Positions 41,320-54,519 are shown, numbered from the stretch's first letter. The stretch is 64,000 nucleotides of DNA from Phoronis australis (GCA_002633005.1 NMRA01000829.1:1-64000), one strand, 5' to 3'. Notes: generated from the sequence alone by a model not told the origin. Made by a program: numbers and translations.

Positions 41320-42010
41320 TTCTGTGCGTCCGCGACTGTATCTCTCAATAGGGAGTGTTTTTTCAGGGATTTGATAGCGTATGGCTAAGACTTTCTGACG
41401 GTTCTGATTACCGCTGAGTCCCCTGGAGGCAATTTTACTTTTTAAAGTTTATCTCTCTATCTTCAGAGTTCCGCGACAAATGTTCTTCCTAGGCGTGGAC
41501 GATTCGACCAATTCTGTCCCTTTTTTCATTTAGGAGTCTGTTTTAGCGTCCGCCTCTCTATCTTCCAAACCACTCAAAGGATAGTTATACAAAAATTGGC
41601 AGATATGTTCCTGCTAAGATGACCGCTACAGTTTTCAACGGATCCGAGAATTATGGCGCCTCTTATTGGCAATTTTTTGGCTGCATCTCCTAAACCACTT
41701 GCACGATCTTTATGAAATTTGACAAGTGTATTCATATGCCGAAGTGAAAAATGGAGCCTTATTCTTTCCGGTCGATCCAAATACTTTTGTGTCGACTGTA
41801 TTTTTATCTTCGGAGTTCCTTGATGGATTTTCATAACGTTAAGCAAATAAATTACCATTAGGGAGATAGTCAAGTTGCCCAAAAGTTGACCCTGTAATGT
41901 TCTTTACTGTTTTGTTCATTTTTGGAAATGTACTATATCTATTATATTAAGAGAACAAATTGGTTGCACTTGCCCAACATCCAAAATCTTTCGTAATTCA
42001 AGATGGCGGC
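41320..42010. mobile_element. Possible Helentron-associated (HINE/DINE-like) repeat remnant
   Basis: Repeated motifs TCTTCCAAACCACT..AAAATTGGCAG and TCTCCTAAACCACTTGCACGATCTTTATGAAATTTGACA resemble HINE internal tandem units; boundaries approximate. Confidence 0.4.
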
Positions 42011-42299
42011 ATTATGTAAAGGACAAGGGATTTCTGAATTCTGGAATTAGTATCTTCCAAAAACCTAAGTAACCGAAATCAAATATTGCGTGTCCTTTGT
42101 AAATAGGGAAATGTTTCTACGAGTAGTCCATACAGGTTGCATACCATGGATCTGTAGTTTTTGCATGTTACATAGAGGCGTGTGATCACATTCTTGTTCT
42201 GTTTTATTATTGTTGATGGTATGTCAAATACTGGACCATGATCTTAACAAAATCAATAAATAATTAACTAAACATATGTGTTCCCATGCATTCATGTCT

Positions 42300-42905
42300 T
42301 GCTATGCTGCTGAGTTAGTGCATTTAAGTTCAAGTTATATTCAATTCCATTAATACCCATTTTCATGTTTGAAGATTAAGAGGATTGCACGTGTTCGAGT
42401 TTGGATTGATGCTTCTTCAATGTTATTGTATAAGTATTGACGGCAAGTGCATACCTAGTCGTCATTTAGCATTTGCTTGTCTTACACCATCTCCACCGTC
42501 TACTCGTTTGTTTGTGCACCTGATGATGCAAATGAACACAGGTGACTCTCTCTTGAAACAATCTGTGCAGAGCAGGTCAGCACTGCTTCAAGTACAGAGT
42601 CTACCGCTGCATGATTGTCTTCCTGCGCTCTACCTGCAGCTAACTATGTCAAGTACAGAACTTTTGAATTAAAGATGTTTTAAGAATTTCTTAGATGTAA
42701 TTGACAATGTAAATGTTAGATCTGATATGGTAAGATTAAGATGTTTAGCACATGCATTAATGATTGAAAAGGGTAGACACTTGAAACTTAGCAGACCAGA
42801 ACGATTTTACCCTCTTGGTTTCAGGCTATGTGTCGAGTCATAATATCACTTTGCTACCGAATGTCCATTCTACGTTGACCTTAGGAAACGGTATTTGCCT
42901 GCATG
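42300..42905 (+). mobile_element. LINE ORF2 C-terminal remnant (RTEX-like zinc-knuckle region)
   Basis: From 42718 translates RSDMVRLRCLAHALMIEKGRHLKLSRPERFYPL..VES*YHFATECPFYVDLRKRYLP, matching the LINE motif R..LR.S.H.L.IE.GR....R..R.C..C..VEDE.HF...CP.Y..LR; has stops. Confidence 0.8.
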
Positions 42906-43279
42906 GAGCTACAACAATTCCAGTGTTTCAACTCGGTGTATTTTTAAGGGTTTTACATCGAAGTTTGATGATTTATTGGTGTTAAACGATGACTTCCAGC
43001 GATAAGCTGACACCAGTAACCCGTGTTGTGAACTGTTGAACAGACTGGGTGTGAAACCAATGACGTCATTGGATAATTTCAACACCTCCGTCTGCCGTCA
43101 GGTGTCAGGTAACGCAACCTTACGTGTCGTTATGGAATAGAACTACTCGATCTAAATTGACGCAAATTATGTTGTTTTTTGGTGGCATGCTCCTTTAAGT
43201 TGGCATTACGTTTAGTTTTTACGGAGAATGTCAATATCAGCTGAGTTTCGTAGCACCATATGAAGGTATGTCCAATTGG

Positions 43280-43750
43280 TCTAGGCATCTTTCGCCTTCG
43301 GTAAAAGTCGAGAAGAGCGTCGTTCATTGTTTGGTAACTCTTCAATTGATATACGGTAAGAATAATGCATATACAGTTTCCCAAAGCTCAGCTCGGTCGC
43401 ACCTGACTTTCAATATCTAGTCGAGCCCTGGAATGTTCGTTTCTAAGATCATGAGAACCGTCAGCTTTCCCTCTCCTTATAGGGCATTTTGTCGCAACTT
43501 GACATTGCATGAACTTCGATAAAATGGCTTTACTCTCTGGAGCCTAATCTTTGAACTGTTCCGTTTAGGTCCGAGATACTACAGTTCCACTTCTACACTT
43601 GAATCTTGGCGTCAACTGGCACCTGTGGTGTTCAATAAACCAAGAGCACTATAACGTCAGTATTGTCACTGAGGATTCTGGTGGTAGTGTCACCTTCCGG
43701 CTCCATCGCTTTCAGCATGCAACTGTAAAGTGTGACGTCTGCTGCAAGTC
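43280..43750 (-). mobile_element. Degenerate XPG/FEN1-like nuclease domain of an Academ (AcademX) DNA transposon
   Basis: Translates AADVTL...RILSDNTDVIVLLVY*...KWN..DLNGTVQRLG...HAMSSCD..PY, then MNDALLDFYRRRKMP; matches EAD / SDDTDV / HAxSGCD motifs; several stops and frameshifts. Confidence 0.7.
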
Positions 43751-45010
43751 TACTCAAGAGTCTGCTTTTTAATATGTCACCTTCTAATACATCCTTATCG
43801 TCCCAACGATCTGGCTACCGTTGGCTCTCTAAGATGCTTCGTGAAGTTGTCGTTCTAGTTTCCATTTGTGTAGAAGTAAAGGTCATTGCCATTTTTAATG
43901 ACAAGGACAAAAACATCAAGGCAATGGACAGTGACGGATCTACGTTTTCAGTAAGGGGGAGGTAGGATTCCCGCAAAGGTCGAATCCTAGGCTCGTGGCG
44001 GCGAGCGGGGGGAGGTCGGGAGGGGGGTTCCCCTCTCCCGTGTAAGAAATTGTTTTGTTTTTGTAGCCAAATAGTGAAATTTCCATGCATCCTGGTAAGT
44101 TTCTGGCACTTAACATGTCTCTGGAGTTTTTCTTAAGATAATTAAAAACCCTTCTTGATTTCGTCACATGAACTTGGCTCATAAGTTTAGTGAAACCATA
44201 TTGTGCACATCTGGGTATGAGTCACGCCACCAGCAAAAGTTTTGTTGGAACATCTGCTTACACACACCTTTTTTAGCATACGAAAAGTCGTATACGAAAA
44301 AGTGTGGTGTTTATACAGGGGTTTAGACAACTTCCAAATATTCAAGAGCATAAGGAGCACCGACGGGGCGTAAAAACTTGAATATCAGATGATCGCGTAA
44401 CAGCAGCCTCAAGTTGTTTAAGAACGAAGACCTGTACTGTTAGTCCGGAAATAAACATGTGTTCTGTCTCGTTACGAGAATATCTGGCGAACTATGGTGC
44501 TCTCAGCTCAGTCTATTATTAAAAGCGACAATAAAGAATTAAGTATCACTTTATTAAGCTGAATCACATTGACAACAATTGAAAAACGTCAAATTAACAG
44601 GAGTCAAATCATCTGAAAACAGTTTCAGGAAAAAATAACATTCTGTGCGCAGTGGTGAAAAGATATACTGGACTAGTTTGCAGAGGGACCAGATGTACAC
44701 TGAGAGTACACAAAAAGGCTTACCTGGTCCGTCACGAGACCAAGAGTACATCTGTGGTTATTGTCCCTATAAAAATAGTCGATCTGTCGCGGAACCAAAC
44801 AGTACTGGCTGAGATATATAGTTTTACAAAGCACACTTTGGTAAAAAAATCACAAGACTAGTTCACCGAGGAACCAAAAGTACACAGAAACTCTGGCCTG
44901 GTCCGTCGCTAGACCTAAAGTGTGCTATGCAAAAAATTTTGAATTGAAAACTTCTCTCTAGACACTTTTTAATCCCCAGTGGTTACGCATACGTTAGTTC
45001 TATCCTTCTA

Positions 45011-45300
45011 TTGTCTAGACTGCCGAGGAATCTGTATATCAGATCCAGTGGTTTGCTCGTCTTGGAACCATTCTACCCAGATATCTTCGATGTTTGTTCC
45101 CAACGCTTGCACTTCGTAAACTGCTGTGTCAATGAGCTTGTAAGCCTCTACAATGTCAGCATCTCGTTTCGCAGCTTAGTTGGTACTAAGACCCCTGAGG
45201 TTGCCAAGTCCATTCAGAAGACTTACAAGCGCAACTAAATTTGATCCGTTCATCATGGACTACTTCAAACCTTGACGATGTATCCCAGGACCTATTTGCA
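45011..45300 (-). mobile_element. hAT transposase remnant (P52rIPK/ZMYM1-like clade)
   Basis: Translates LVALVSLLNGLGNLRGLST /frameshift/ KRDADIVEAYKLIDTAVYEVQALGTNIEDIWVEWFQDE..DIQIPRQSRQ. Confidence 0.7.
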
Positions 45301-45904
45301 TCTCTTGCAATTTTCGAAATAAACGTCCCAATGTCTGAACGCTTGAAACAAGTACTAACATCAAATAAATGCCCATGGGCATGAGCGTTTCATCGGGTGG
45401 ACCTTTCTGCGGAAATTCCCAGTATAGAAGACGGCAGTGTGCTTATTGCAGGTAGAAAGACGGTCGGAACTAGGGCTCCTTAGGAGGCCTATTGAACATC
45501 GCACGAGTTTCGCAAGACTTTGTTGTGAAAGAACAGCCTCCCAGCAATTTCTGGTACTGTATACTGTTTGCGAATGCGGTCACTTTGTCAATGTGAGTCA
45601 CCCCTTGGTCATTCCTTGTATAGACATAACTTGTTAGAGTGTATCTTCAAACGGACTCGCTACCAGACCACGGCGCCAATGTACACTGTATGATATTGTG
45701 CAAGACAACTTTACTATGCATCAGTTACAAATGTGTGGAGTGTAACAGAATGACACGGCATGATAGATGAGGTAAAAACGTTGCACGTCAATTCACCTGA
45801 ATACCAGGGTTGCAGCACCACAGTATTTCCCCTAATCAAATCCAAACATATCTTAGAGTAAAGAAGATAGTTACCGAAAGAAATCATCTATAGAACTGCT
45901 GTTT

Positions 45905-46197
45905 CAGCGGTGGATCCATCTAAAATGCTTGGCTACTTCAGAAGTGTCGACGGAAGCGCGCGCACAATTGATCTCCGCGCGTTTTGCCGATGAGCCACGA
46001 AGACTCGGCAATTCACAATGCAAAAAAATATATTTTCGGAGTGAACCCCCCTCAATTTTTTCCAAGTTGGTTTACTTGGGGTTTACACACCCTAGCGGTG
46101 CCTTTTTTGTTTTGTTGGAGACGTTTTTTTATTTTTGGGTCCTGGCCCAAGGGGGGGTTCAAACCCCCTGAACCTCCCCCCAGTAGATCCGCCACTG
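45905..46197. mobile_element. MITE with CAGTGGCGGATC-type TIRs (hAT-like)
   Basis: CAGCGGTGGATCCA ... TAGATCCGCCACTG; a related left end GGGCGGATCCAGG lies at ~57. Confidence 0.7.
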
Positions 46198-47490
46198 ATG
46201 GACAAATTAGCGCTGCCTTACGATAACTTCCCTGAACTAGTTTTCCCGGCCCGCATTGTAGTTGCTTAACTTCTGTTTTTTCAATGTGGAATGGCGGAGG
46301 ACCCTGAGATACCGGTTCTAACGGGTTTTGATGGATTTTAGGCGGTGGTGACGGTTTGAAAAACGTCGGAAGTCAAGCAACGACTCGGGTAGTGCTTCGG
46401 CGCGGTGACCACGTTGAGATAATGACTTAAGTTGGAATAGAGGCCGCGGTAAAAGTCAACACTAGAGGACTTTTCTAGCCAAATCAATCACTCGTCTGAG
46501 CGCTAGCTCGCTCGTTTCTTACTATCGACAATCGCACGAGAGCCTGTGCTTTAAAGCGTTCTTACAATGGAATTTTGCTTGTTGCACTTTTTGAGGTTTT
46601 ATACAGTTGGGGGGGGGGGGGGGGGNCATAGATGAAACAGATTACAAGATTACAAGTTAGACCTCGCCATAACGGTGAGCTTTGCGTGTTTGAGGCCGTG
46701 CGAACTCGGCCCTTCCGCACCAGTCCTGCGTCTTCGGCGAGTGAAGCCGAGTTGGAGTCTACTCAGTTTGCGGAGTGTCTTGATTTAAGAGTTGATATTC
46801 CTGAGAGGTAATTCATAATATTTTATTGAATCACAATTACATTTTCTAACCACTTTAGTGTCGAGTAGTATGCTCATGTCTCGAATTGTAAACCTATAAC
46901 GGAAGGTTTTACCCTCACCGTCAAAATCCAGTGTGCAGTTACGATCATTCTAATTGTTGTGACGCTAGCTGGATTTTATTCTGGTAAATACTACTCATTT
47001 CTGTCCTGTGCGTTTTAAAATTATGAAATCTTTGTACCGTTCGTTAGATTAATTTGATCCAGTGCCCAATTTCAACTTGTGTGCAGGTTGCGGTCGTGCC
47101 GTTTTGTTTAATTTATTGGCAGTCAAACTTGGTCGAGCCCAACAGTAACGTCACGGTGTCATTTGTTGATGGATGTAGAGAAATGGAAGGTCGAGTGTGG
47201 AGATCTATGTCTGCTCGCTATCCCGGGAAGCGCGAACGCAGAATGTCCTATTGGTGGAAAATAATTTGTGACGTCAGCAGAAGGTCGAGGACACAATGTG
47301 CCACGCAGTATAAAGGATGACGTTGTCGACTACTATACACTGCACTGACTACATGCCGGTGTATACTGCGAGCACAGGTGAGAATAGCGAGTTTATGAAT
47401 CTAAAGAATACACGACGCCGAAGTCTTGGCGTTTCTTTGCGCGTGCAAGAGTGCTGGACTGCCAACTTCGCAACAATTGAAAAACGATGA

Positions 47491-47683
47491 TGTTTCAGAG
47501 TTAAAACACAATTTATTGACAAAAATGAATAGCTAATTACGCGAATGAAAAGACAACATTAAAACCAAGCTGATCGTGTGCGCAAAGACGCAAGTTCATA
47601 CACGTGTCTTGCATCTCGAAATTGCGTAAATCGCAAATGTGCAACTCACTTTTCGTCACCCTCTTTCGACGTATTTTCCAACA
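47491..47683 (-). repeat. Putative 3' LTR of the Copia element
   Basis: Follows PPT-like GAGTGGTAG; starts TGTTGG, contains AATAAA, ends AAACA (193 bp). No matching 5' LTR recognised. Confidence 0.5.
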
Positions 47684-49970
47684 CTACCACTCGACGAAAT
47701 GAATGTTAGGAAAATGCCATTTTCTGTCTCAGATACTCGGATACTCAAGCTGTTCCTTTCCGAGTGAATTTGTATGTCCGCGATCATTTCCTTCGTTGGG
47801 TAATATTGTAGCACGACGGTTCCTTCAACCACAGTCTTTCGAATACAGTGATATCGGATATCAATGTGCGTTGTCCTGGTAAGCATCACAGGATTATGTG
47901 ACATCTTAAAAGATGTCACATAATCCTGTGACAACTACGAGTTTCTGACAACGTTCGTCAAAGAGACGATAAACTTTGGTCCCAAACGTGCTGCCATGTC
48001 CCACGAAAAGGAGGTATTGCGCCATTTGTTGTGAGGCACTAACGCACGTACAATGCAGTCGAACACATTGAGATCGGGGACTTTTGGCTTTTGTCCATAC
48101 CATCGTTCTTACGACGTGACGCCCGTGGTGGTAGTCATTACTCGGTTAGGCGCATAGCAGCTGTTGACACGGCCTCACCCCAGTATATAATACTATACTA
48201 AGGTGACCATTAAAGATCATGGACCTTGCAGGTTCCAGAAGCGTTCTATTCATCCTCTCAGCAACTCTGTTTTGTTGAGGTGAGTATGGAGAACAGATCT
48301 CATATCTGATTCCCTCGAACTTTCGAGATGTATACTCGCCACAACCGTCAGCTCGCAGTGTCTTAATCTTAAGACCCGCTTCTGTATAGTCACAATTGCC
48401 TCAAACTCTCGAATTTGCTCATTCACTTGGTCCTTGGTGCGAACGTAGATCTTGATTTGATCGCCAGTTAAAGTGAAAAAGTAGCATAGCTCCTCCAAAA
48501 CTCACAGTTTGTATCATTCTACAAACGTTACTGTGCACCAGTCTCTCCGTAATTTGAATTCCTTCCACAGGAAATGGGTCAGGTTTTTTTTCCTTCGGCA
48601 TACACTTGACAAAGTCCAAACTTATCGTCTTTACCTATTGCAACACTGTTCACCAATCCCTTGTCCACCATTTGTCTGATACTCGCTTCATTAACATGAC
48701 CTTAGCGTTGATGCCTGATGCCAAAATTTCAGTCGGTTGTCATTCTCCGCTGATCGAGCGGCGTTCTCTTTTGACTTGAAGTTAATTTGGTAGGTTTTGT
48801 TCAATTGTGGTTCATATGCCACCGTCTGCCCATTTGGAGTCTTGAACCAACACTTGTTCTGTCCAACGTCAGGTTTTGGTCGGTGGCCACTCCCACTGCA
48901 AGATTGCTTCGGTATGTAAAGTACGTCCTTCAACATTCCTGCTTTTCCACGATCCAATTGCAGTATGCCATTGCCTGTGCCGAATGCCTCAATTGTCTTT
49001 TCATCTCCCAACGTGACAGGCTCCATGTCTGTCAACTGCTGATACTTTGTCAGACTGTCCATCCGGTCAGTACATGACGAAACGCCCCGGAGTCCGTCAG
49101 CCATCGCTCGTTTCCGAAGTTGATGCCTATCTTGGCCTTGAAGACGGTGTCTACATAGGTATCGTCACCATATGACTCGTTTCTTTTTGCCCCATGCGCC
49201 CAGCCTCCTTCGCGACCTCTGCCTCGACTGTGATGTCCACCATTTCGTTCCTTTTCTCTGTTTGAGCTCCGTTATTGTTATTTGTTATTTGTTTTCAGCA
49301 ATTCCGGACATTCACGTTTGAAATATCCTGGCTGATGACACTTAGAACAGGTCGGTTCTACTCGCCCCCTGGACAATCTTTTCCTTGCTGTTCCCGCCTT
49401 CTGTAGACACCTTCTGGATTGACTGAAGCGCCTTTTGCTGGTCTTCCAGCATTAGAGTTTGTTGGACATCGGTCCACGTAATCATTGGACCTGGTGCTAA
49501 CAACACTGATCGAAGTGCGTTGTAGCTTGGTGGAGGACTTGCCAGCAGATTACCAAGTTGATCTTTCAGCGATCTCGTCGTTCAGCATCACCAGGCGGTC
49601 ACAAATCTCCTTCATAGCACGCATGCGTTCCTTGACGCTACCGCTCTCTGTTATTCGCATCTCATTACACAAAAGCAACGTATTTTGCACAGACTTGACG
49701 TCGAAGTCCCCGACCAGTCTGTCCCACAAGGCTTTTGGTCCGTTGCAGCTGAACCAATGACAACACCTGCTTACTTAAATCTCATCATCGCCTGGGCACG
49801 AACAGACGTGTGATCAATTTTCTCTTTTTCATCTTTTGACTTTCCATTTACGAGAGTCGCCGACCCGTCCACATGGCTCCACAGCTTCTTTCCCTTCAAC
49901 TGCAACGTCATGCTGTATTTCCACTGTCGACTGTTATCAGATCCACACACCTTTTCAATTTTCATTCAGT
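47491..49970 (-). mobile_element. Degenerate, internally deleted Ty1/Copia LTR retrotransposon
   Basis: Gag N-term (QWKYSMTLQLKGKKLWSHVDGS), knuckle CSKCHQPGYFKREC (~49305-49350), protease WLTDSGAFRH (~49075-49105), pre-integrase LKFWHQ, RNase H tail HNPV..TRTTHIDIRYHCIR..EMIADI (~47770-47900); many stops and frameshifts. Confidence 0.9.
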
Positions 49971-51222
49971 CATCGCCGTAAGCTCCGATATTTGACACGT
50001 GAAACAAATGATGAAGCAAACAATCTGAATGAATAGGAAGTCGAAAGTCACTGATTAAGAACTGTGAACATTCCGGGCAATTTTTTATGTCTATTGGGAG
50101 TAAACAATTTCAAAGGACCAAACAAGAGAACAAACTGTTCGTTGTTAATCACACCAGAACCATAACCAAACAGCAGAGTATATCCGTTTTGTCTGAACGA
50201 AGGCTTTTCACCAGACGACTTGTATTCAAAAATAGCTGCAAAGTTCACACTTATCCAACGTGCATGTCATTTTGTAAATTGAATTTTTGGGTGATTGGTG
50301 AGTCACGATGCGTTCGTCGAAGTAGTAACGTTGGTGACTCAAAATTCTAGGTTCGTAAACTCGCTATTGTTACAGAAGGACTCCTGACTGCTTTTAGCGA
50401 CTGATCTACAGGCACGTGCTACCACGTAAGAGAAAAAAAACTGGTCGCGTTCAAAACGGTCGGCAGGAGGGACGGTGCTCTTTTTTCAAATGATTCTAAG
50501 TGGAAATTGGCCATGGCGTCAATTTGGCTCTACCGAAACTCCGCGGGATTATGAATGACTGTCCACCTCCCTGGGGACGGTCGCGGGTCAACCTCTTTGT
50601 GTGAATTAAGATGTGTAAACGAGCTGCGAGTGACGTGAACAAAAGCCGAAGGCACGACGTACTATGCGGAATAATGGATGACGTCACAACTGCAGAGCAC
50701 ACACCCAATTCAGAAATATTGTACACTGCGAATAGTACCGCACAAGTACCGCACAAGTACCGCACACAGACGTGCATAAGTGAGCCGAAGAAAGGCAGAG
50801 TGTCACGAGGCGCATAACAAAGTAAAAGAACGTAGTAGGATGCACTGTGTGCTGCGTGGGACATTAAGGCAAAATTTTACAGCACTGTTATCATTTCTTA
50901 ATCCATGACTATTTAGTTTCAGGCGGCTACGAATTCGAATAGGCTTCTAACTGGACCCGAGAGGTGCTGGCTTAAATTTGGCGGTTGGATGTGAACCGGT
51001 GTTTTCAGGTGGGAGGGCCGTGAGTGTTTTTTTTTTAATTCATTGAGAGTGATCGAAATTGGCCTTGGCGTGATCATTTAGCATTCATTGATTATAGCAT
51101 TGACTACGGACTAGCGCGTGTCTGCCTCTGTGTCTTCTCGGCACTGGTAGTGTGAATAGACCTAATTCACCCAGACAGGAAGCGCGTTCCAAAACGAGGC
51201 TCACTACGATATAACTCCGTTA

Positions 51223-51350
51223 ATGGCTTATCGGCATAGTTGTGTTCCGCGTTGCTCGAACGGCGATAGAAAAATACGGACACTCAACTGTCGTTTTTTA
51301 CAATCACTAAGGACGTTGAAATTCGGAAGCGTTGGGTCGTTGCCATATGT
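51223..51350 (+). pseudogene. Frameshifted THAP zinc-finger remnant (DNA-transposon derived)
   Basis: MAYRHSCVPRCSNGDRK, then in another frame LSFFTITKDVEIRKRWVVAI, matching CCVPxCxN..SFFxFPKD...RKxW..AI. Confidence 0.7.
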
Positions 51351-52695
51351 TCATATTTTGTCGCATCTCTGTTGCAAGCATCGTAACAATTACGACTCTG
51401 GCGAATCTTCGGCCAGCCAGGCAGTGTTTTCATGATTACGGTTTGAAACATGATACAATTTTCTTTCCAAAAAGGACAGGGGCCTTATACGCCCTTCAAA
51501 AATATTGGAAAAATCCCTCAAAATCCCCACCTACGAGGACTAAAAATTCCCCTAAAGTGATTGAAAATTTACCCCCGAAGTTCAAATCACCTGTAACCAC
51601 ACAGGTGATAATTTGAAAGAGCACAAAATGCTACTTGAGACAGAGCGTATGCGAGCTAGCAACAGGGCGAGGGTACTATTTATAGCAGGGCCGTAGCCAG
51701 CATAGCGCAGGGGCTGGTTCGAATTTCTGGAACAGTGGACCTTTGATATTTGCAAAGGTCGACCGCCAAACTTTTAAATCAGGCGTGCTTAAATACATAC
51801 AGACGGAATTTTTAATCTGAGAATGACTTGACGAAATTTTTATCTGGTTACATTTTTGCGTGTTACTTACATCGCTGGAAATGGGCACAGCACACTATTC
51901 TGAAGGTTCACTACTCCGAGGGTTCACTACTCCGAAAATATTTAAATTTTCCAAACCAGGTTTAATTTTTATACTTTTGCATGCAAAAGTAAACGATACT
52001 TCGGTTATTAGATGCGATGAGTGGTGTACTTATACCGAAAACAACGTCCGGGTACCATTGATTTCATGCGCATACGAAATTGCCTGCATGTCTTACGAAT
52101 ACGGAAAACTAAGTACGTTCTTGCATACCAAATCCGGGTTTGGCGTATTGACAGATACTAAAAAATGACTTTCCCATGCAGTCTTCTCGTCTCCATTGTT
52201 GGCTCGTTGAAGGCCGACAAGTATGATGGTGCTGTTTTTGGTGGGACTGGAAATTGGCCTTGACGTCAGTTCGGTTCTGCATAAATGATATGGGGCCCCA
52301 TTCATCACCGAGGGCACAGTCATAGAATGAGGACAAACAGATGTGTCTGCTTGGATGATGCATAAAAAAGCTGTGGGAGACATGAACACGGTACACGTCA
52401 CGATGTGCCACTCAGAATAAAAAACGACGTAACATGCTGCACAAGACACACCTAATGCCGGAATTTATTACTAAGGAACTGAACACAAATTGAGTGGCAC
52501 TGGGTGAATCACAAGACTAAAGCCTGTGTAAAGGATTGTACGCTGCGTCGCACACGGAAAGAGCAAGAGGCTACAGCACCCAATATTCCAAGTGACCTAC
52601 TTACTAATCAAGCCAATTAGGTGTTATTGGACAAGAACTAGGATTTAGTGTTGTGGCCGTGGTTGCAAAGATACTAATTCTACCCCATTTGCCGA

Positions 52696-52882
52696 CGTGG
52701 GCAAAAAGGTCCGCCCATGAGAGACAAAAAGACCGAGAAAATGGGACAAAACACTAAACGAGCACAAACGCGTACTTCACAGTGGTGCCTCCATTTTTTT
52801 AGTTCGCCCGCTGTTTCGTTAGCAAAAGGTCCACAACGTCAAGAATTCGAGCCCCCCATATCGAAGGCTGGGTGTGCGCATG
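52696..52882. mobile_element. Partial second copy of the 21498-21724 MITE
   Basis: Shared internal blocks and right TIR GGCTGGGTGTGCGCATG. Confidence 0.75.
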
Positions 52883-52939
52883 TAATGTTACTTGAATAAT
52901 TTGAGACGTTGAAAGTGAGTCTCTGAACGAGTCTGGCTG

Positions 52940-53122
52940 TAGTGTTTGATCACCGGCCAACTGGTTATAGCACCAGTCATCGTGTTTTGTGTCCATCCAA
53001 GTAGCGGGCGAGGCCATCGCGTTTTGAAATCCGGTCAAAACGTTTGATCACCGGCCATTTGGTTTTGCTATCCAGCCGACTGGTTTTGAAGTCCGGTCAA
53101 GTGGTTTTGAAGTCCAACCAAT
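52940..53122. repeat. Degenerate 21-bp minisatellite (TGGTTTTGAAGTCCGGTCAAG-like)
   Basis: About 8 diverged units with 21-bp periodicity. Confidence 0.65.
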
Positions 53123-53221
53123 AGTTGATTCTGCCTTGAGATAGGTCACTGCCGAAATGCTCACAAGTCCCAACAAGGTCGAAAAACACATGACGAAAAG
53201 TTCACGAGAGCGACATGAAAA

Positions 53222-53473
53222 TAATGGTAGGAAGGTAACGAAATTCGAAAACTGACGCAAAGTAGTCGACATAGGAGCAGCAACCTATACTGGTGAGTAA
53301 CGAAAGTTTAAAAAACTCCAATCACTGCTACAGTTAAAGCTCAGCCGTGAAAAAGAAACTCTGAGGCTCATAGAACACGCCAATACCATTAGGTAACAGT
53401 ATATTCATCTTAAGCTATTTATAATTCATACAATTTGTGTTAACATTTATGGGACACCCAGCACATTGACACA

Positions 53474-53556
<83 letters not shown>

Positions 53557-53856
53557 TGTCGTTGTGTTTGTGATTGTTGGCCGCCGTCAGTTAAAAACTA
53601 ACTTNTAATGGTAGGAAGGTAACGAAATTCGAAAACTGACGCAAAATAGTCGACATAGGAGCAGCAACCTATACTGGTGAGTAACGAAAGTTTAAAAACT
53701 CCAATCACTGCTACAGTTAAAGCTCAGCCGTGAAAAAGAAACTCTGAGTCTCATAGAACACGCCAATACCATTAGGTAACAGTATATTCATCTTATGCTA
53801 TTTATAATTCATACAATTTGTGTTAACATTTATGGGACACCCAGCACATTGCCACA

Positions 53857-53939
<83 letters not shown>

Positions 53940-53987
53940 TGTCGTTGTGTTTGTGATTGTTGGCCGCCGTCAGTTAAAAACTAACTT
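53222..53987. repeat. ~383-bp tandem duplication containing (GT)n(GCGT)n, joined by a single N
   Basis: 53222-53604 vs 53606-53987 differ by a few SNPs and small indels; N at 53605 suggests uncollapsed haplotypes. Confidence 0.9.
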
Positions 53988-54145
53988 GAATACTGTGTGA
54001 AGCTGCAGAACCTCGTGGTGTAATGGATGCTCTCAAATCAACGACAGCGCTGCCATTGAGAATGAAAACACAAAGGGTTTGTTTGGACCGTGCCCGGGAC
54101 CGTTACCTTCATCTGAGGGCATGTTAATCTCTAATTCTGGCATCA

Positions 54146-54519
54146 TTACTGTCCTGTAGAAATTGCACTAAATTCTGAACTAAGACTTCCCCTTGAGCTA
54201 TACGTTGATACGCTGTACTGGCTAATGTCCCTGCCAGAAGAGTGAAATGCAGACGCGTTTCTTTGGTTCACGAAGGTGCGTTCTTCCCAAACCTCCGTGG
54301 GACTTATGATGGGTCTCAATCCGCTTTCACGATCCACTTTCATTGCGTCACTTTGATTTTTTGCCAACATTTGAGTGGAAGAAATGCCGTTGGTATCTTT
54401 AGCCATTTCTGTTTCAGCTATCTTCCAAATCGGTCGAAGATTTGTACCATGCCACACGGCAAAGCGAGACAATATGCTTAGAAAGAGTATCTCAAGCGTT
54501 ATCATGGCATGGTTTATGA
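54146..54519 (-). CDS. OSTalpha-like terminal exon (last TM helix plus long Ser-rich tail)
   Basis: tattttttattcatttttcag|TC ATA AAC CAT...; INHAMITLEILFLSILSRFAV; stop at 54146-54148. Confidence 0.85.

Noticed and set aside
53222-53987. Recent tandem segmental duplication
   Set aside because: The copies abut a single N and differ like alleles; most likely an uncollapsed haplotype overlap in the assembly.
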